Shown: one piece after another, positions 1 through 11,585 of the stretch
Numbering within the stretch: position 1 is the stretch's first letter
Layout of the letters: each line of letters begins with the position of its first letter
Assembly: GCA_964035545.1 (NCBI GenBank)
Contig: OZ037767.1
Coordinates: 19,856,628 to 19,920,627, forward strand
Origin: Bugula neritina
Lineage: Eukaryota; Animalia; Bryozoa
DNA length: 64,000 nt
Reading direction: 5' to 3'
The notes under the pieces: generated by a model
Seen by the model: the letters and a program-made list of their open reading frames with translations, nothing else
What the model was told of the DNA's origin: nothing
Databases searched by the model: none
Position numbers and translations under genes: made by a program

Positions 1-260
1 AATCATACAATAATAATAAGAGTAATAAAAAAAACAAATACATAATACGAAGCATACATAAGTCAGCAACGACAAGAGATAACTATTACAAAAAAAATAC
101 ACACATGTGGCCAGATATAGAGAGAGAAGTATGGCTAGCTATGCCGGTAACCAGCAAAAGAAGACGACAGGCATCTACATGATCACAATATCGTACACCG
201 AGAGTTCCCAGGAAGGATAGGATTCACAGATAATTCCTTGTTTTATAAGGGTCACTGTCA

Positions 261-1140
261 CTATTTGGGAGACCGATGTTTAGCCTTGTGGGCACGTAGT
301 CTTCGTTTCATCCGCTCTACAGAGTCTTTGAGTTGATATAGCCCAGTGGTTGTATTCAATAATTCTGGGGCCAACTGTGTGAAATCAGCCTGTAGTCGGA
401 GGAGCCGCTCTTCTATGGTGGCCAGGCGGGTCGGTCGTTCTGTGGGTGGCATCGTGGCCCTCCTGCGAGGTGGTTCTACCTCTTCCTCTACTTCCGCTGG
501 AGTCGGTTCTTCAGGAACGGGGATAGCTTCAGGTTTATCAGCTACCATGGGGAACTGTTGTCAGGCGTACTTCAACGCATACTGGAACCCAGAAGTCAGG
601 ACGGTTAGTACTAACGCCTTCTTCACCAGTGACCGAATGAGTGCTAAGAATTCCGGATACATGTCGGCGTCCACGACGTAGTTTTTTCCGGGATAGCATC
701 CAGTAGCCCTATGTACGATGACTGGGTAAGGATAGACATCGTGATGCCTACAGGCGCAAAAGGCTAGTAAGAAGTGTGCATCTACATGCAGTCTTAACGA
801 ACAATGTGATGGCCGGTCCTCATTACATATTTGACATCGGGTGCTCCCCTTTGGTCCCCATGCGGCCTCTATTTTTCTTTTTGTTGCCGGCGACACCCAC
901 CGCCAACGGCGGCGTAATGGCCCCGGTAATCCGCCTTCTACTTCTTCTTTTTCCATAGGTAAGGGAGGAAGCGATTGGTCCCGTGACCTGGTGGTAGCAG
1001 GTCGAGTGTAACCTGAAAGAGTTCAACCGTGTTAATGAGATACACTGAAGTGTTGCCATCATTAGACAGCCTGACAGTTTCCCATTCGGTTAAACACTCG
1101 CGATATTTATACTGGCAAATAGTTGGAGGGAAACAACACA
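261..1140 (-). pseudogene. Accessory ORF3 of the Gypsy element: C2H2 + C2HC zinc-finger-like motifs, acidic Pro-rich linker, C-terminal coiled coil
   Basis: ORFs 561-956 and 261-548 are in the same frame, separated only by one TGA (561-563) and four codons. CQIC-x12-H-x3-H and C-x-C-x12-H-x4-C motifs are visible. The upstream segment 938-1141 needs a frameshift and is preceded by an acceptor-like cctattgcag. Confidence 0.6.
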
Positions 1141-4100
1141 CTGCAATAGGAGATCGCTGAAATCTCTAAGTCAATCTGTGTCCCCACCACTGCATTTCGC
1201 CAGCTTATCTCTAGCTTAGTCAACTCAGTCGAGTCAAAGCCGAGTGATGCAATTTAGTTTCCATACCAAAAGAACATAGCTAACTCACCCCCCGATCCGG
1301 TATTGTAAGACATATTGAATTTTAGAATGGTTTTTACTAGTGGCTAGTGGTACGTCTGCTCTTAACTGCATCAGCATAAGAAAAAACTGAGCAACATGAT
1401 TGTGGTGCGTGATTATGACTTCGCACACCCGGCAGATTAATTCTATTTGTAGTTCTGCCAATGTAAAAGTTGATATTTCCGTGGGGCTCATGACTCCCAC
1501 AATTTGCCGATGGTTTTCTCGTACTGTTTCCCGCTAGACTTTCATATGTGCCGCTTTTAACGCAGTCACATACAAAATCTTTCAAATACGCTGGGGGTTG
1601 TCTAGTACGCTGTCCTCGTTCCAGAGGGGGTGGTGCACTCACCGGTGAACTATCAAGTTCTACTGGAGGAGATTCCAGTTTTCTAGTAACTATTTCTTCT
1701 CTGATTTCTGCGGATGAAGCCCCTCCCTCCGTGGGGTTTTGCACTTCCGGATCCGGCTTGGGTTCCGGTAGTGATGGCGTCAGACCTGGCGCTGGAGGTG
1801 GCGAACGCACTTCTGTCGGTGGAAGCGGTCATTCGTCTCTTGCCAGGTCCTCCTCCCGCGGCATGACCATCTCATACTCGGATCCATGCCGCCGTCGCCC
1901 GCGCTTTGTTGTCTGCCTTTTTGGCTCCAACAACAGGGGGGCCTCTCCCACCGCGTCTGGGCTAGCCTAATACGACTTCAAGCGAGCCTCATTCTGGATA
2001 GACACCTGTCCTGATTGCTCAATCTTGTAGGTATGGTTGGGCATAGCCTCGACTACCACGTAGGCTGTTATTTAGCCGCCTGTCCACGACGCCTACGGTA
2101 ATTAACCATCCACACCCAATCTCCTGTCTGATAGAGGGGTGGCTCCTCGAAGTCCTCACGTCGCACCTGCTACTGCCTTTCCCCCAGCATTTCGTGTGCA
2201 ACCCTCATCCGCTCTACCAGTTCACTGGCATACTCGTGAACTGAGATATCTTGCTCGGGAACATGGTAGGTAAAGTGGTTAGGGACTAGAGTCTTTCTAC
2301 CGAGCATCAGGAGGTTAGGAGTTTCACCAGTGCTGGTGTGTAGTGTGCTGCGGTAAGCGCGCATGACCTGCGGCCGTACCGTATTCCATTCCTCCTGACT
2401 ACGCCCGAGGAGTAGACTCGGGAGCGCATCACCTAGCATCCGGTTGTTGCGCTCCACCACCCCGTTACCTCGCGGGTGGTAGGAGGTAGTCCTGCTTTGA
2501 TTTACTCCCCAGAGGCGGCAGAAGTCACTCATCAGTTGAGACCGGAACTGAGCCCCCTGGTCAAAATGTATCTGTTCGAGGTTGCCGAAATAACAGAATA
2601 CATGTTGATCTAGCACTCTTGCCACTGTTGGAGCCGACGCATCTGGAATTGCCAGGGCGTCGGCCCACCTAGTGAAGTGGTCGGTTAATACTAGGATCCA
2701 GCTGTTGCCTCTGGGAGTCAGGGGCATGGGTCCGACCAGGTCGACAGCTACTACTTGCCATGGCCGTCCAGCATATAACCTTCGCCGTCCCGCTTCACCA
2801 GGGAGACGGCCATGCTTGCTGGCCTGGCAGATTTTACACTGCTTCACTCTGAGTCAGACATCACGCCTAATTCTGGGCCAGTGCCACCGGAGCTGTAGTT
2901 TGGCGATCACCCTCTGGACTCTTGCGTGAGCCTGTTTGTGAGCGTCCCAAATCAGCTCACGGCGCATGGCAGCAGGGCAGATCGCCCTCTTCTTCTCGGG
3001 GTGTCTGCCGTTGGCGGCTAGAGTAAGGGTCAGCAGACCATCTTGCCCGATTTGCAGCAAGTCCCAACGCTGGCAGAATAGCCGAAACTTGGCGCATCCC
3101 TGCCTCAGTTGTTCTTCACTGAGTCAGCGCCCTTCCTTTTTGGCCCGATACACATCTGCCACCACTCCGGGAAAGTTTTCCTAGAGCTTCCTCAGCTCCC
3201 GAACGTTATTGGCTAAAACAGGGTTGGCGCGGAGGTTTTTCACAGCCTCCGAATGCTTGTCAGCTATCGGCTTGAGTTGACCCTGGTCCCAGTCAAAGTC
3301 TGCTCCTTAGTGAGCCAGAGCTTCCAATTCAAATCGTGGGGACCTCCATCCCTCTTCTCGACGTTGAGGCACTGTTTACAACCTCTGTCTGGCCGCCGAC
3401 TCAGCCCATCCGCATTGCCGTGTTTCCTACCCGGCCGATGTTCGATCCAGTAAAAAAACTCAGCCAGGATCTCGAGCCATCGAGCGACCTGACTGGACGG
3501 TTCAGCTCTCTTGCACAACCAAATCAAAGAGGCATGATCCGTACGCAGCTGGAACTTCCTGCTGTACAGATAAGGTCAGAAGTGCTTCACTGACTTGATT
3601 ACTGCCAGCAACTCCTTTCGGGTAGTGCAGTAATTTTGTTCAGTGGGTGAGAGAGACTTGCTGTAGTAAGCCACTACTACTTCTTGGCCTTCCTGCACTT
3701 GTGACAGCACAGTGCCAACATTCTGGTCATTGGCGTTCGTGTCTAAGATATACTCCAGAGTGGGGTCTGGGTAGGCCAAGACGGGTGCCGTCAGTAGGCA
3801 ACCCTTGAGGCGGTCGAACGCCTGTTGTTTGACTGGGGACCACTGCCACGTCATCCCCTTTGCGGTAAGCCGGTTTAACGGCTGTGCTATCTCCGCAAAG
3901 TCTGGTATGTATTGCCGGTAATACCTTACCAGACCCAGAAATGTCCGGAGTCTGGTCAAATCCTGGGGGGTGACTCAGTCTTCTATTGCCTGCACCTTTT
4001 CGGGGTCCATCGTCACACCGTTTTGTCCGACTTTGTGCCCCAGGTACTTAACCTCCGGCTGCAACAGAGCGCACTTGGAAGGTTTTAGTTTTAGATCGGC

Positions 4101-4411
4101 ACCTCTGAGTCTTTCGAAGACCGCCCTCAGACGACTGACGTGTGTCTTAAAACCTGGGGAGATTACGATGATGTCATTGAGGTAGATCAGCAGTGTCTTC
4201 TAGTGAAGTCTGCTAAAGACTTGCTCCATCAGCCTTCGGAAGGTGGCCGGGGCAGAGGTTAGCCCAAACGGCAGCACCTTCCACTTCCATAGTCCGTCTC
4301 GTGTAATAAACGCCGCCTTTTTTTAGGTGTCTGGACTCAGAGGAACTTGCCAGTACCCGCTCAACAAGTCTAACGTACTGAAGTACTTGCTGCCGGCTAG
4401 GGCGTCTCAGG

Positions 4412-5605
4412 CAGGGTTGGGGTCAATTACATGTAAATGTAATTAATTACAATTACAATTACATGAAGATTTGTCAATTACAATTACAATTATAATTACA
4501 GTTGAAAGGTGATGTAATTAATTACAATTACAATTACATGGTAATGTAATTAATTACAATTACAATTACTTTTGTTCTCACAAGGGATAACTACAAGTTA
4601 TACAATGTCACTTCTAAGGCCAACTACCAGGGGCAATGTTGACAGTGGTGAACCTCCTTTGTTCCCAACAGTGACACTACAGGGTCAGTCCATGCCAAAT
4701 CAACTAAATTTTGAGGGGTCCCACGCCTTTGCTTCTCAGATTTTGCTTGTATTTACACATGTCCGGTGTACTATTCGTGAATATTTCTGACATAACACAA
4801 AAACTTTTTGAGAAAATTAATGACTACATTTGTGGACAAAGGTTGGGAAAACTTTTGAGGAAAGTTTGTGATTTCTACTTTTAGACCAACTTATAAATGT
4901 CTATATCTCAACCGGTTTTTTAGACTGAGCCTTAAAAATTGATGTGGGGGATATTTAAAATTTTTTCAAAATTTACAAAAAACTGCCCATATTTGATGGT
5001 TTAGCATATATGCACACAAATTGTTCTGTAGTATGTGTTGCTACTAGTGCAAGTTGATAGGTATTATCAAATCGCACAGCAATTTTTAAGACTTAGTCTA
5101 GAAAAATGGTTGAGATATAGACATTTTATAAGTTGCTCTAAAAGTAAAAGTCACCAATTTTCCTTAAAGTTTTCCCTAACCTTTGTCCACAAGTTTAGTC
5201 ATTTCTCAAAATTTTTCTGTCAGGCCAAAAATATTTAAGAAGAGTACTCAGGACATATGTAGGCCTATTTGGTGTAAATATGAACAAACTCTGAGACACA
5301 AAGGCACCGGCCATGTGGTGAGTTAGCATGGAATGACCCTATACTATATTGACTTAATCTGAACTTGTTATTTGACAGTAAATATGGTAGGAAAAGAATG
5401 ATTTTTTCAAGCTTTAAAAGTTTGAAGTAATTGACCTGTAATTATAAAGTAATTGTAAAATTCAATTACATTAGCAATGTAATTAATTACAATTACAATT
5501 ACAATTACATTTTTATACATCAATTACAAATTACATTCAATTACTTGAAAAAATGTAATTAATTACAACCAATTACAATTACAAATTACAATTACCCCAA
5601 CCCTG
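4412..5605. mobile_element. hAT-type MITE, copy 1, inserted in Gypsy RT
   Basis: 12-bp TIR CAGGGTTGGGGT...ACCCCAACCCTG; perfect 8-bp TSD GTCTCAGG (4404-4411, 5606-5613); subterminal (AATTAC)n arrays at both ends. An 8-bp TSD with CAG ends is typical of hAT. Confidence 0.9.
4680..5341. mobile_element. Nested foldback MITE with TA flanks (Tc1/mariner-like) inside the hAT MITE
   Basis: Ends CAGGGTCAGTCCATGCCAA / TTAGCATGGAATGACCCTA, flanked by TA; long imperfect internal inverted arms (~4790-4940 vs ~5080-5225). Confidence 0.7.
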
Positions 5606-7589
5606 GTCTCAGGACCCATCAATACGGGGCATGGGGTAGGCGTCCTGTATGGTTACGTTATTAAGTTTGCGGTAATCCACACAGAACCGCCAACTTCTGT
5701 CTTTCTTCCGGACCAAGACGACCAGCGAGCTCCATGCGCTATGGGCTGGCTCTATGAGGCCGCGGTCCAGAAGATCTCGAACTTGTCGGCTGACCTCTCT
5801 CTCTTTCTCCGGCTGGGGACTGTCCCTGCAGCCAGCTGTATCTCATGTTGGACAGCTCGGGTCAGTCCAACGTCATGGTCTCCACTGCTGAACACATCGC
5901 TGTATTTGTGTAGCAACTTCGCCATAGCCTGGCGTTTCTCGTTGCTCGTGCAGCCGTCACAGGCTGTCTCATACAACGCCTTGATGTGTGGTGGGACGGT
6001 CTCCCGCTTTTTAGGCGGGCGCTGTTAGAGACCCTCCATCGTATCTCCCAACGACGGTCCCACGTCCTCCTCTTGAATAGAGTGGAAACGGCCCAGCATG
6101 GACCCTGCCAGTAGCTTTACCAACTCCGTGAAGGGGTTGACGCACTGCACTAAGATCTCTCCTTGCGCAGTCAGCTGATTTAGACTGCTGGCGAGATGGA
6201 TTCTATCGTGCGCACCTTCTACCACCCCTAGTCTGGAGATTTGACTATTGTTCACTCTGCAGTGAATAGTAGCCGGGAGTGGCCTGGTATTGTACAGTTC
6301 CGTACTACCTACACACCTCCCACCAGAGGACGGCCAAACTTGTCGACACAGGCTAGTTCTCACTCGGACATCATCATTGCAGACTTGCTGAAGTCAATGT
6401 GGCATCCCTGTCAGTTCAAGAACGACATCTCTAGGATAGCATCCTCCTTAGGTTGGTTGACGATAATCGTCACCCGGATAGCCTGGTCTCGGACGCGTCT
6501 CGCCAGCTCTATTATACCATAGAAGGGGATGCACGGGTGCCATAGTCTCCGTCGTAGGGTTCCATCTTGCTCCGGACCTCAGCACTGAGGGTGTCAAAGA
6601 GTTGGCAATTTATGAGGTTCGTCGTGCTGCCTGAATTGAGTAGAAAGGTAACAGTTTTGCCCGCTATCTTGCCGGGTAAGAAATAGCTATTCCCATGGGG
6701 CTGCACCCGTACTCTCTCTTCGTGCCGTACTCTTGCAGGGAGCACCTATCTCGCTGTGAGTCGAGTAGGTAGTAGTTTGGGACGGTTGCGAGGTGGTCTC
6801 GGAGGGAGGGGAGGCATGCTTTCCGATGCCTGCACCGGTCGCTACTCAGACTCCTGGGTCGGCAACCCGTCAAATCTGTTGCGGAGTGGCATAAAGAAAA
6901 TAACAGCGGGGTGGTGCCCCTTACCTACCCGCCGTGTTTCTGCCACTCCTGGGTGTTGGTACGCGGCACCCGCTTGGGTGACTCACGTTTCTTTTTCCCT
7001 GGAAGATTCATCGCCGGCCCGCAGGAGCCGGGGACATTTGCGGGCCACGGTAGTTTAACCCTGAAGAGATAAGAGGGCAGTATCTACGGAAGTGCCCCGG
7101 GTTTCCACGTTCCCAGCAGAGACTGACTGCTTCCCCTAGCTATGTTAAAGACTCTTGGCCACTGTTTCTATCTAACTGTCCCATGTTTACTGACAAATAG
7201 TCAAACTTTTATCTTCTTTTGAAAAGCTGGCTGAATGCATAAATGAAACAAAAAGTGTTTATTTGAAAAATCCAGAAAACTTTAACTTTACTCACAGCTG
7301 GTATCTTGTCTTTCGGCATTATTTCATCGTAGATGTTTGTTGTAACAATACCTGGGCTAAAAGAGACCAATTAAAAACTTCGATATATAATATCGAAGTC
7401 ACAAACTTGTTGCTATCCAACATAATCAATTTTTTGTAACACAAATCTGCAAAAAGAGCTGATTTATAATATACAGAAGCAAGAAACATAGCTAATGTAC
7501 ATATAATATTGCTCTTAAAGCACGCGCTTGAATTCCACTTGATTATATACAAGTGATATTCCTGCTACCCGAACAGGACAGAGCGGAAA

Positions 7590-8170
7590 TAGGTGAGGAT
7601 AGGTGAGGATAGGTGAGGATAGGTAAGGATAGGTGAGGGTAGGTAAGGATAGGTGAGGGTAGGTGAGGATAGGTGAGGATAGGTGAGGATAGTTGAAGAT
7701 AGGTGAGGATAGGTAAGGATAGGTGAGGATAAGTGATGGTAGGTGAAGATAGTTGAAGATAGGTGAGGATAGGTGAGGGTAGGTGAGGATAGGTAAGGAT
7801 AGGTGAGGGTAGGTGAGGATAGGTGAGGGTAGGTGAGGATAGTTGAAGATAGGTGAGGATAGGTGAGGATAGGTGAGGATAGGTGAGGATAGGTGAGGAT
7901 AGGTGAGGATAAGTGAGGATAGGTGAGGGTAGGTGAGGATAGGTGAGGGTAGGTGAGGGTAGGTGAGGATAGGTGAGGGTAGGTGAGGGTAGGTGAGGAT
8001 AGGTGAGGGTAGGTGAGGATAGGTGAGGGTAGGTGAGGATAGGTGAGGGTAGGTGAGGATAGGTGAGGGTAGGTGAGGGTAGGTGAGGATAGGTGAGGAT
8101 AGGTGAGGGTAGGTGAGGATAGGTGAGGATAGGTGAGGGTAGGTGAGGATAGGTGAGGATAGATGAGGAT
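7590..8170. repeat. Purine-rich 10-bp minisatellite (AGGTGAGGAT/AGGTGAGGGT)n
   Basis: About 58 tandem units visible directly. Confidence 0.97.
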
Positions 8171-8298
8171 ATACGAGTAAAACAATTATCTAGCAGATAG
8201 CTTATGCAAACCTATATATTCTCACAAGATGTCTTCCTTAGAATGAAATTCTCATTTCAATATTGTACAAAAAAAGCTAAAACTCAATACATACTTAC

Positions 8299-11200
8299 TT
8301 GACAGTGTTTACCCTCACTTGTTTAGGAGCAAGATCTAAGGCTAAACTCCTTGCAAAGTGGTCTATAGCAGCTTTTGACATACTGTATGCTACAGCTGTG
8401 GGGCACTAAAACAGTAAAGTGGGTAATTGCTAAGTTACTTTATAAAATTAAAGTTATAATTTTCTGCATTGAAGGAGGTTATGGCCAAGTTCATATAATT
8501 ATAGTAGGACTACGTAAGATATTGAGTTTAATCTTAAAATATATAAAATGATGTGTAGAAGATTTAATATCTGTTCAATTTATTTTAACTACTTAATTCA
8601 CATAACATCAAATCAGCAGTATTTTACATCTGCATCCATTCAATTAGCTCTACAATATAAAATCAATTGTGATTGCTTTTTCAAAGTGTTACCTCATAAA
8701 CACACTTTGCTGTAACATGTAACGTAGGCAGTGGCGTAAAATGTCAGCTATTTTTAATGCATATGTCTGGGCTGAAGTTCTTAAAGTCTGTTATTGGATA
8801 CCGTCTATTTACACCTCAGTGGATATTTATATCCAATGAGTTGACTCTAACGTCTCCTTGTCCAAAAGGAGCCCAACGCAACTTTTTTTAATTAAGCAGT
8901 GTCTGATCCTGACGTACCGTAATGTCGTACGGGATGTAAAATAATTGCCACCACTGGAAACCGAACCCAAGTCCTCTGGTTTGCAAGCAAGTGTGCTACC
9001 ATTACACCACGGAGGCCACTGGGTTAACCCTCACTTGTTTAGGAGCCAGATCTAAGGCTAAACTTCTTGTAAACTGGTCTAAAGCTGCTTTTGACATCCC
9101 ATAAGCTACACCATTAACTGTCTTAAAATAATATTTATAAGACAATCAGTTTGATATTTGCATAAAGAACCTACAAGTTAGGAAACAAAATCAGACTTTA
9201 AAAATAGGACCATAGTGTCCTGTAAGCTATGCAAGCACATATGAGAATAGCATAGTTGTTTAAATGTTTGTTTCAAAAAAATAATAAAAAAGAATTTTAG
9301 TTAAATCAAGGTAGTTTTTACGCCATTTGTTTCAAGGATTTAGAAAGCAGTGAAAACGAACCAAATCATCTTCCTTCATTTAACTTTATGAATCAAAAAA
9401 ACTTTTAGTATTTTCAATATGCAAGTCAAAAGTAACATAGCATTCATAGCATGTATGTTAAACTCACTGGTGTAGTTACCACTGTACTAGACACATTAAC
9501 AATGGATCCTTTACTCTCAATCAGATGTGGAACAGCCAGTTGAGTCAGTTGGTATACAGCTCTGATGTTGGTAGACATTATCAAGTCAAATTGTTCCAGA
9601 GTCTCTTCTAGGAAACTGTCAAATCTAGCAGCAGCAGCATTGTTGACCTTAACAAAGCATTTAAAAGTAGAACATTGAATGGCTAAACGTTGTTTATCTA
9701 AACACTCAGGAAAGTGTATAAGCAATAATTGTTTTGTAAATGTATATAACCTATATTATATAGTTTTTGCAACAAAAATAATTCCATTAGGCTATAGGGC
9801 CACATGACTCGGTTTTTTACATGCGGATCCAAATGCTTGAAAACTCGTTGCTGGAACAACCTGCCATACACAATGCGTTGGTATGAGTGCATAAGTTTAT
9901 TAGCTAATGATCTTGGCGTTTAACTTTACTCCTAAAGGCTTTTTTTTAATTTACGTCATCGACTATAGATATTATAAAAGGGGAAAATACAAAACTATAT
10001 AAAACTGGTTTAAATCAATTCGCTGAAAATTAAAAGAATTGAAACTCAAAAAGTGTGCTCACTAATGGAAACCAGCTAATTGAATCAAACCCCTACAAGT
10101 TTTTTGCACTCTCCGCTCAGCATGTTATCCGCATGGAAATTTGAACACAACAGCCCATTATTGGGCTAAGGAGATTTTCTGCATGTAGTTCACTCGAGAA
10201 GAGAATCCTAGCCTCAGTTGAAATGCAAATATTTATTTAGTGTACCTTGGTTGATGTATTCAGTAATGTACAGCATGTACTTTAAACTATTATAATAGAT
10301 GTATATACATTTATTTTTCATATTTTATCTATATACCATATAGTATATGCTATACTATAGCTATACTATATTATACTATAGCACTATGCTATAGCTATGC
10401 TACTATATATGTTATATAATATATGGTATATTAAACCTAATTGTTTTACTCAGAATATTAGACAGGTGAATGGGTAGACTGAGATTCTCACCAATACATC
10501 CAGCTGTTTGTAGTGTTCTAGTGTCTTCTCAATAATTCTCACTACGTCAGATTCAATGGTAAGATCTCCAACTATAGTGATGACATCACCAGCTCCTTTA
10601 CATAGACTCACAGTCTCCTATTAAAAGTTGAAAATGTTTGAATTGGAAATCAATTTGATAACTTTGATAGCAGTTAGACTATATATAACTTACCTGAAGA
10701 TTGACTTCATTTCTACCACAGAGTACCAGTTTAGATCCAAGAGATGCAAAGTGGATGGCAGTGGCTCTTCCAATACCAGAACTGGCTCCTGTATCAAATG
10801 GAGTAATCAAAACTTCTACATTAACTATGAGGAAATGAATTATATTTTGCCAAATTTTATACTTTAGCTGTGTATTTTAAAACGAACCATCTTGTGTAAC
10901 GTAATATAATTGTACAAGTACAAAGTGCATTGATTTTAAGATACAAAACATGTATTACTACATCAACATGTATTCACATTATTCTGTATATATGGTGACT
11001 AAATAAGTTTTATAAGCGAAACCAAAGTAATAAAATAATATAAATACTGCATGTATGTAGATCTATGCCGATTGGTACATTACAATCATTGAACTGTGTA
11101 TAGTTAGCTTAATAATGTCCTAAGCATTGTATTACTACAAATAGCATTTAATTATTGCTATTGCCACAATTATTACTAGAACATTATTACTCGGATATTT

Positions 11201-11585
11201 AATTACTAAAGACATCTTAAAGCAATAGCATTGCAACTGCTATACATTTAGCACATTTTTGCAATATAATTTGAGAACACATTGTATTACTAACACAATT
11301 TCATTAATCATGTATATATAATAACATTACAGTGTTAGTAATACAGTGTTAGTAATACGGTATTAGTAATACAGTATTAGTAATACAGTGTATAGCAATA
11401 CAGTATATGATAATGCAGTATATTATAGTAATACAGTGTTAGCAATACTGTGTTAGTAACACAGCGTTGACCCTCTACATGATTTGTTATGATTTATTCA
11501 ATGCTTCAACTCTATTCTGCTAATATTTTATTTAAGGTTATATAAGCTTACCTGTGACCAAAGCAACTTTACTGTTCAAAGACAT
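8299..11585 (-). CDS. Classical SDR oxidoreductase, copy B; 3' exons not found in window, possibly a pseudogene
   Basis: Exons: ~11552-11585 MSLNSKVALVT; ~10695-10788 GASSGIG; ~10491-10616; ~9467-9647 VNNAAAA...GSIVNVSS; catalytic exon present twice (9023-9121 YGMSK, 8299-8405 YSMSK). TGxxxGxG and YxxxK motifs. Confidence 0.8.
8690..9022 (-). mobile_element. tRNA-derived SINE (family 1)
   Basis: Minus strand begins GTGGCCTCCGTGGTGTAATGGTAGCAC (A box) ... GGGTTCGGTTTCC (B box). The body matches 33186-33415. Confidence 0.75.
11330..11465. repeat. 14-bp minisatellite (ACAGTGTTAGTAAT)n
   Basis: Visible tandem units in SDR-B intron 1. Confidence 0.85.

Larger units (their letters stand above)
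1337..7059 (-). pseudogene. pol: Gypsy pol (PR-RT-RNaseH-IN) with many stops and frameshifts, split by a MITE
   Basis: ORF fragments 6512-6745 (PR), 5752-5976, RT around 3960-5745, 3576-3959 and 3264-3527 (RNase H), 2854-3060 and 2170-2847 (IN), 1337-1810 (C-terminal tail). Catalytic DSG reads NSG and YLDD reads YLND. Confidence 0.93.
1..7138 (-). mobile_element. Decayed Ty3/Gypsy LTR retrotransposon; 5' LTR and most of gag missing, 3' LTR outside window
   Basis: Minus-strand order: gag zinc-knuckle remnant (CWERGNPGHFRRYC, ~7075-7120), protease (FLLNSGSTT), RT (RFCVDYRKLN, LPFGL, YLND), RNase H (YYSKSL, NYCTTRKELLAV), integrase (VAVDLVGP, VERNNR). Clear nucleotide similarity to the element at 62990-64000 ends near 7138. 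Confidence 0.95.

Noticed and set aside
1284-1295. G-run on the minus strand as polypurine tract marking a 3' LTR start
   Set aside because: Sequence 1-1284 does not align with the family LTR at 61811-62124 and contains ORF3 instead.
346-7058. Plus-strand ORFs over Gypsy copy 1, and minus-strand ORFs over 62294-63732
   Set aside because: Antisense shadows of GC-rich gag/pol with no recognisable motifs.
7565-8185. 206-aa (TYPHLSSPTL)n ORF
   Set aside because: Translation of a 10-bp minisatellite with a non-ATG start; no evidence of coding.
8945-9022. Possible tRNA genes (also 12847-12920 and 53417-53490)
   Set aside because: Stems do not pair into a cloverleaf, and each is followed by a multicopy body, so they are SINE heads.
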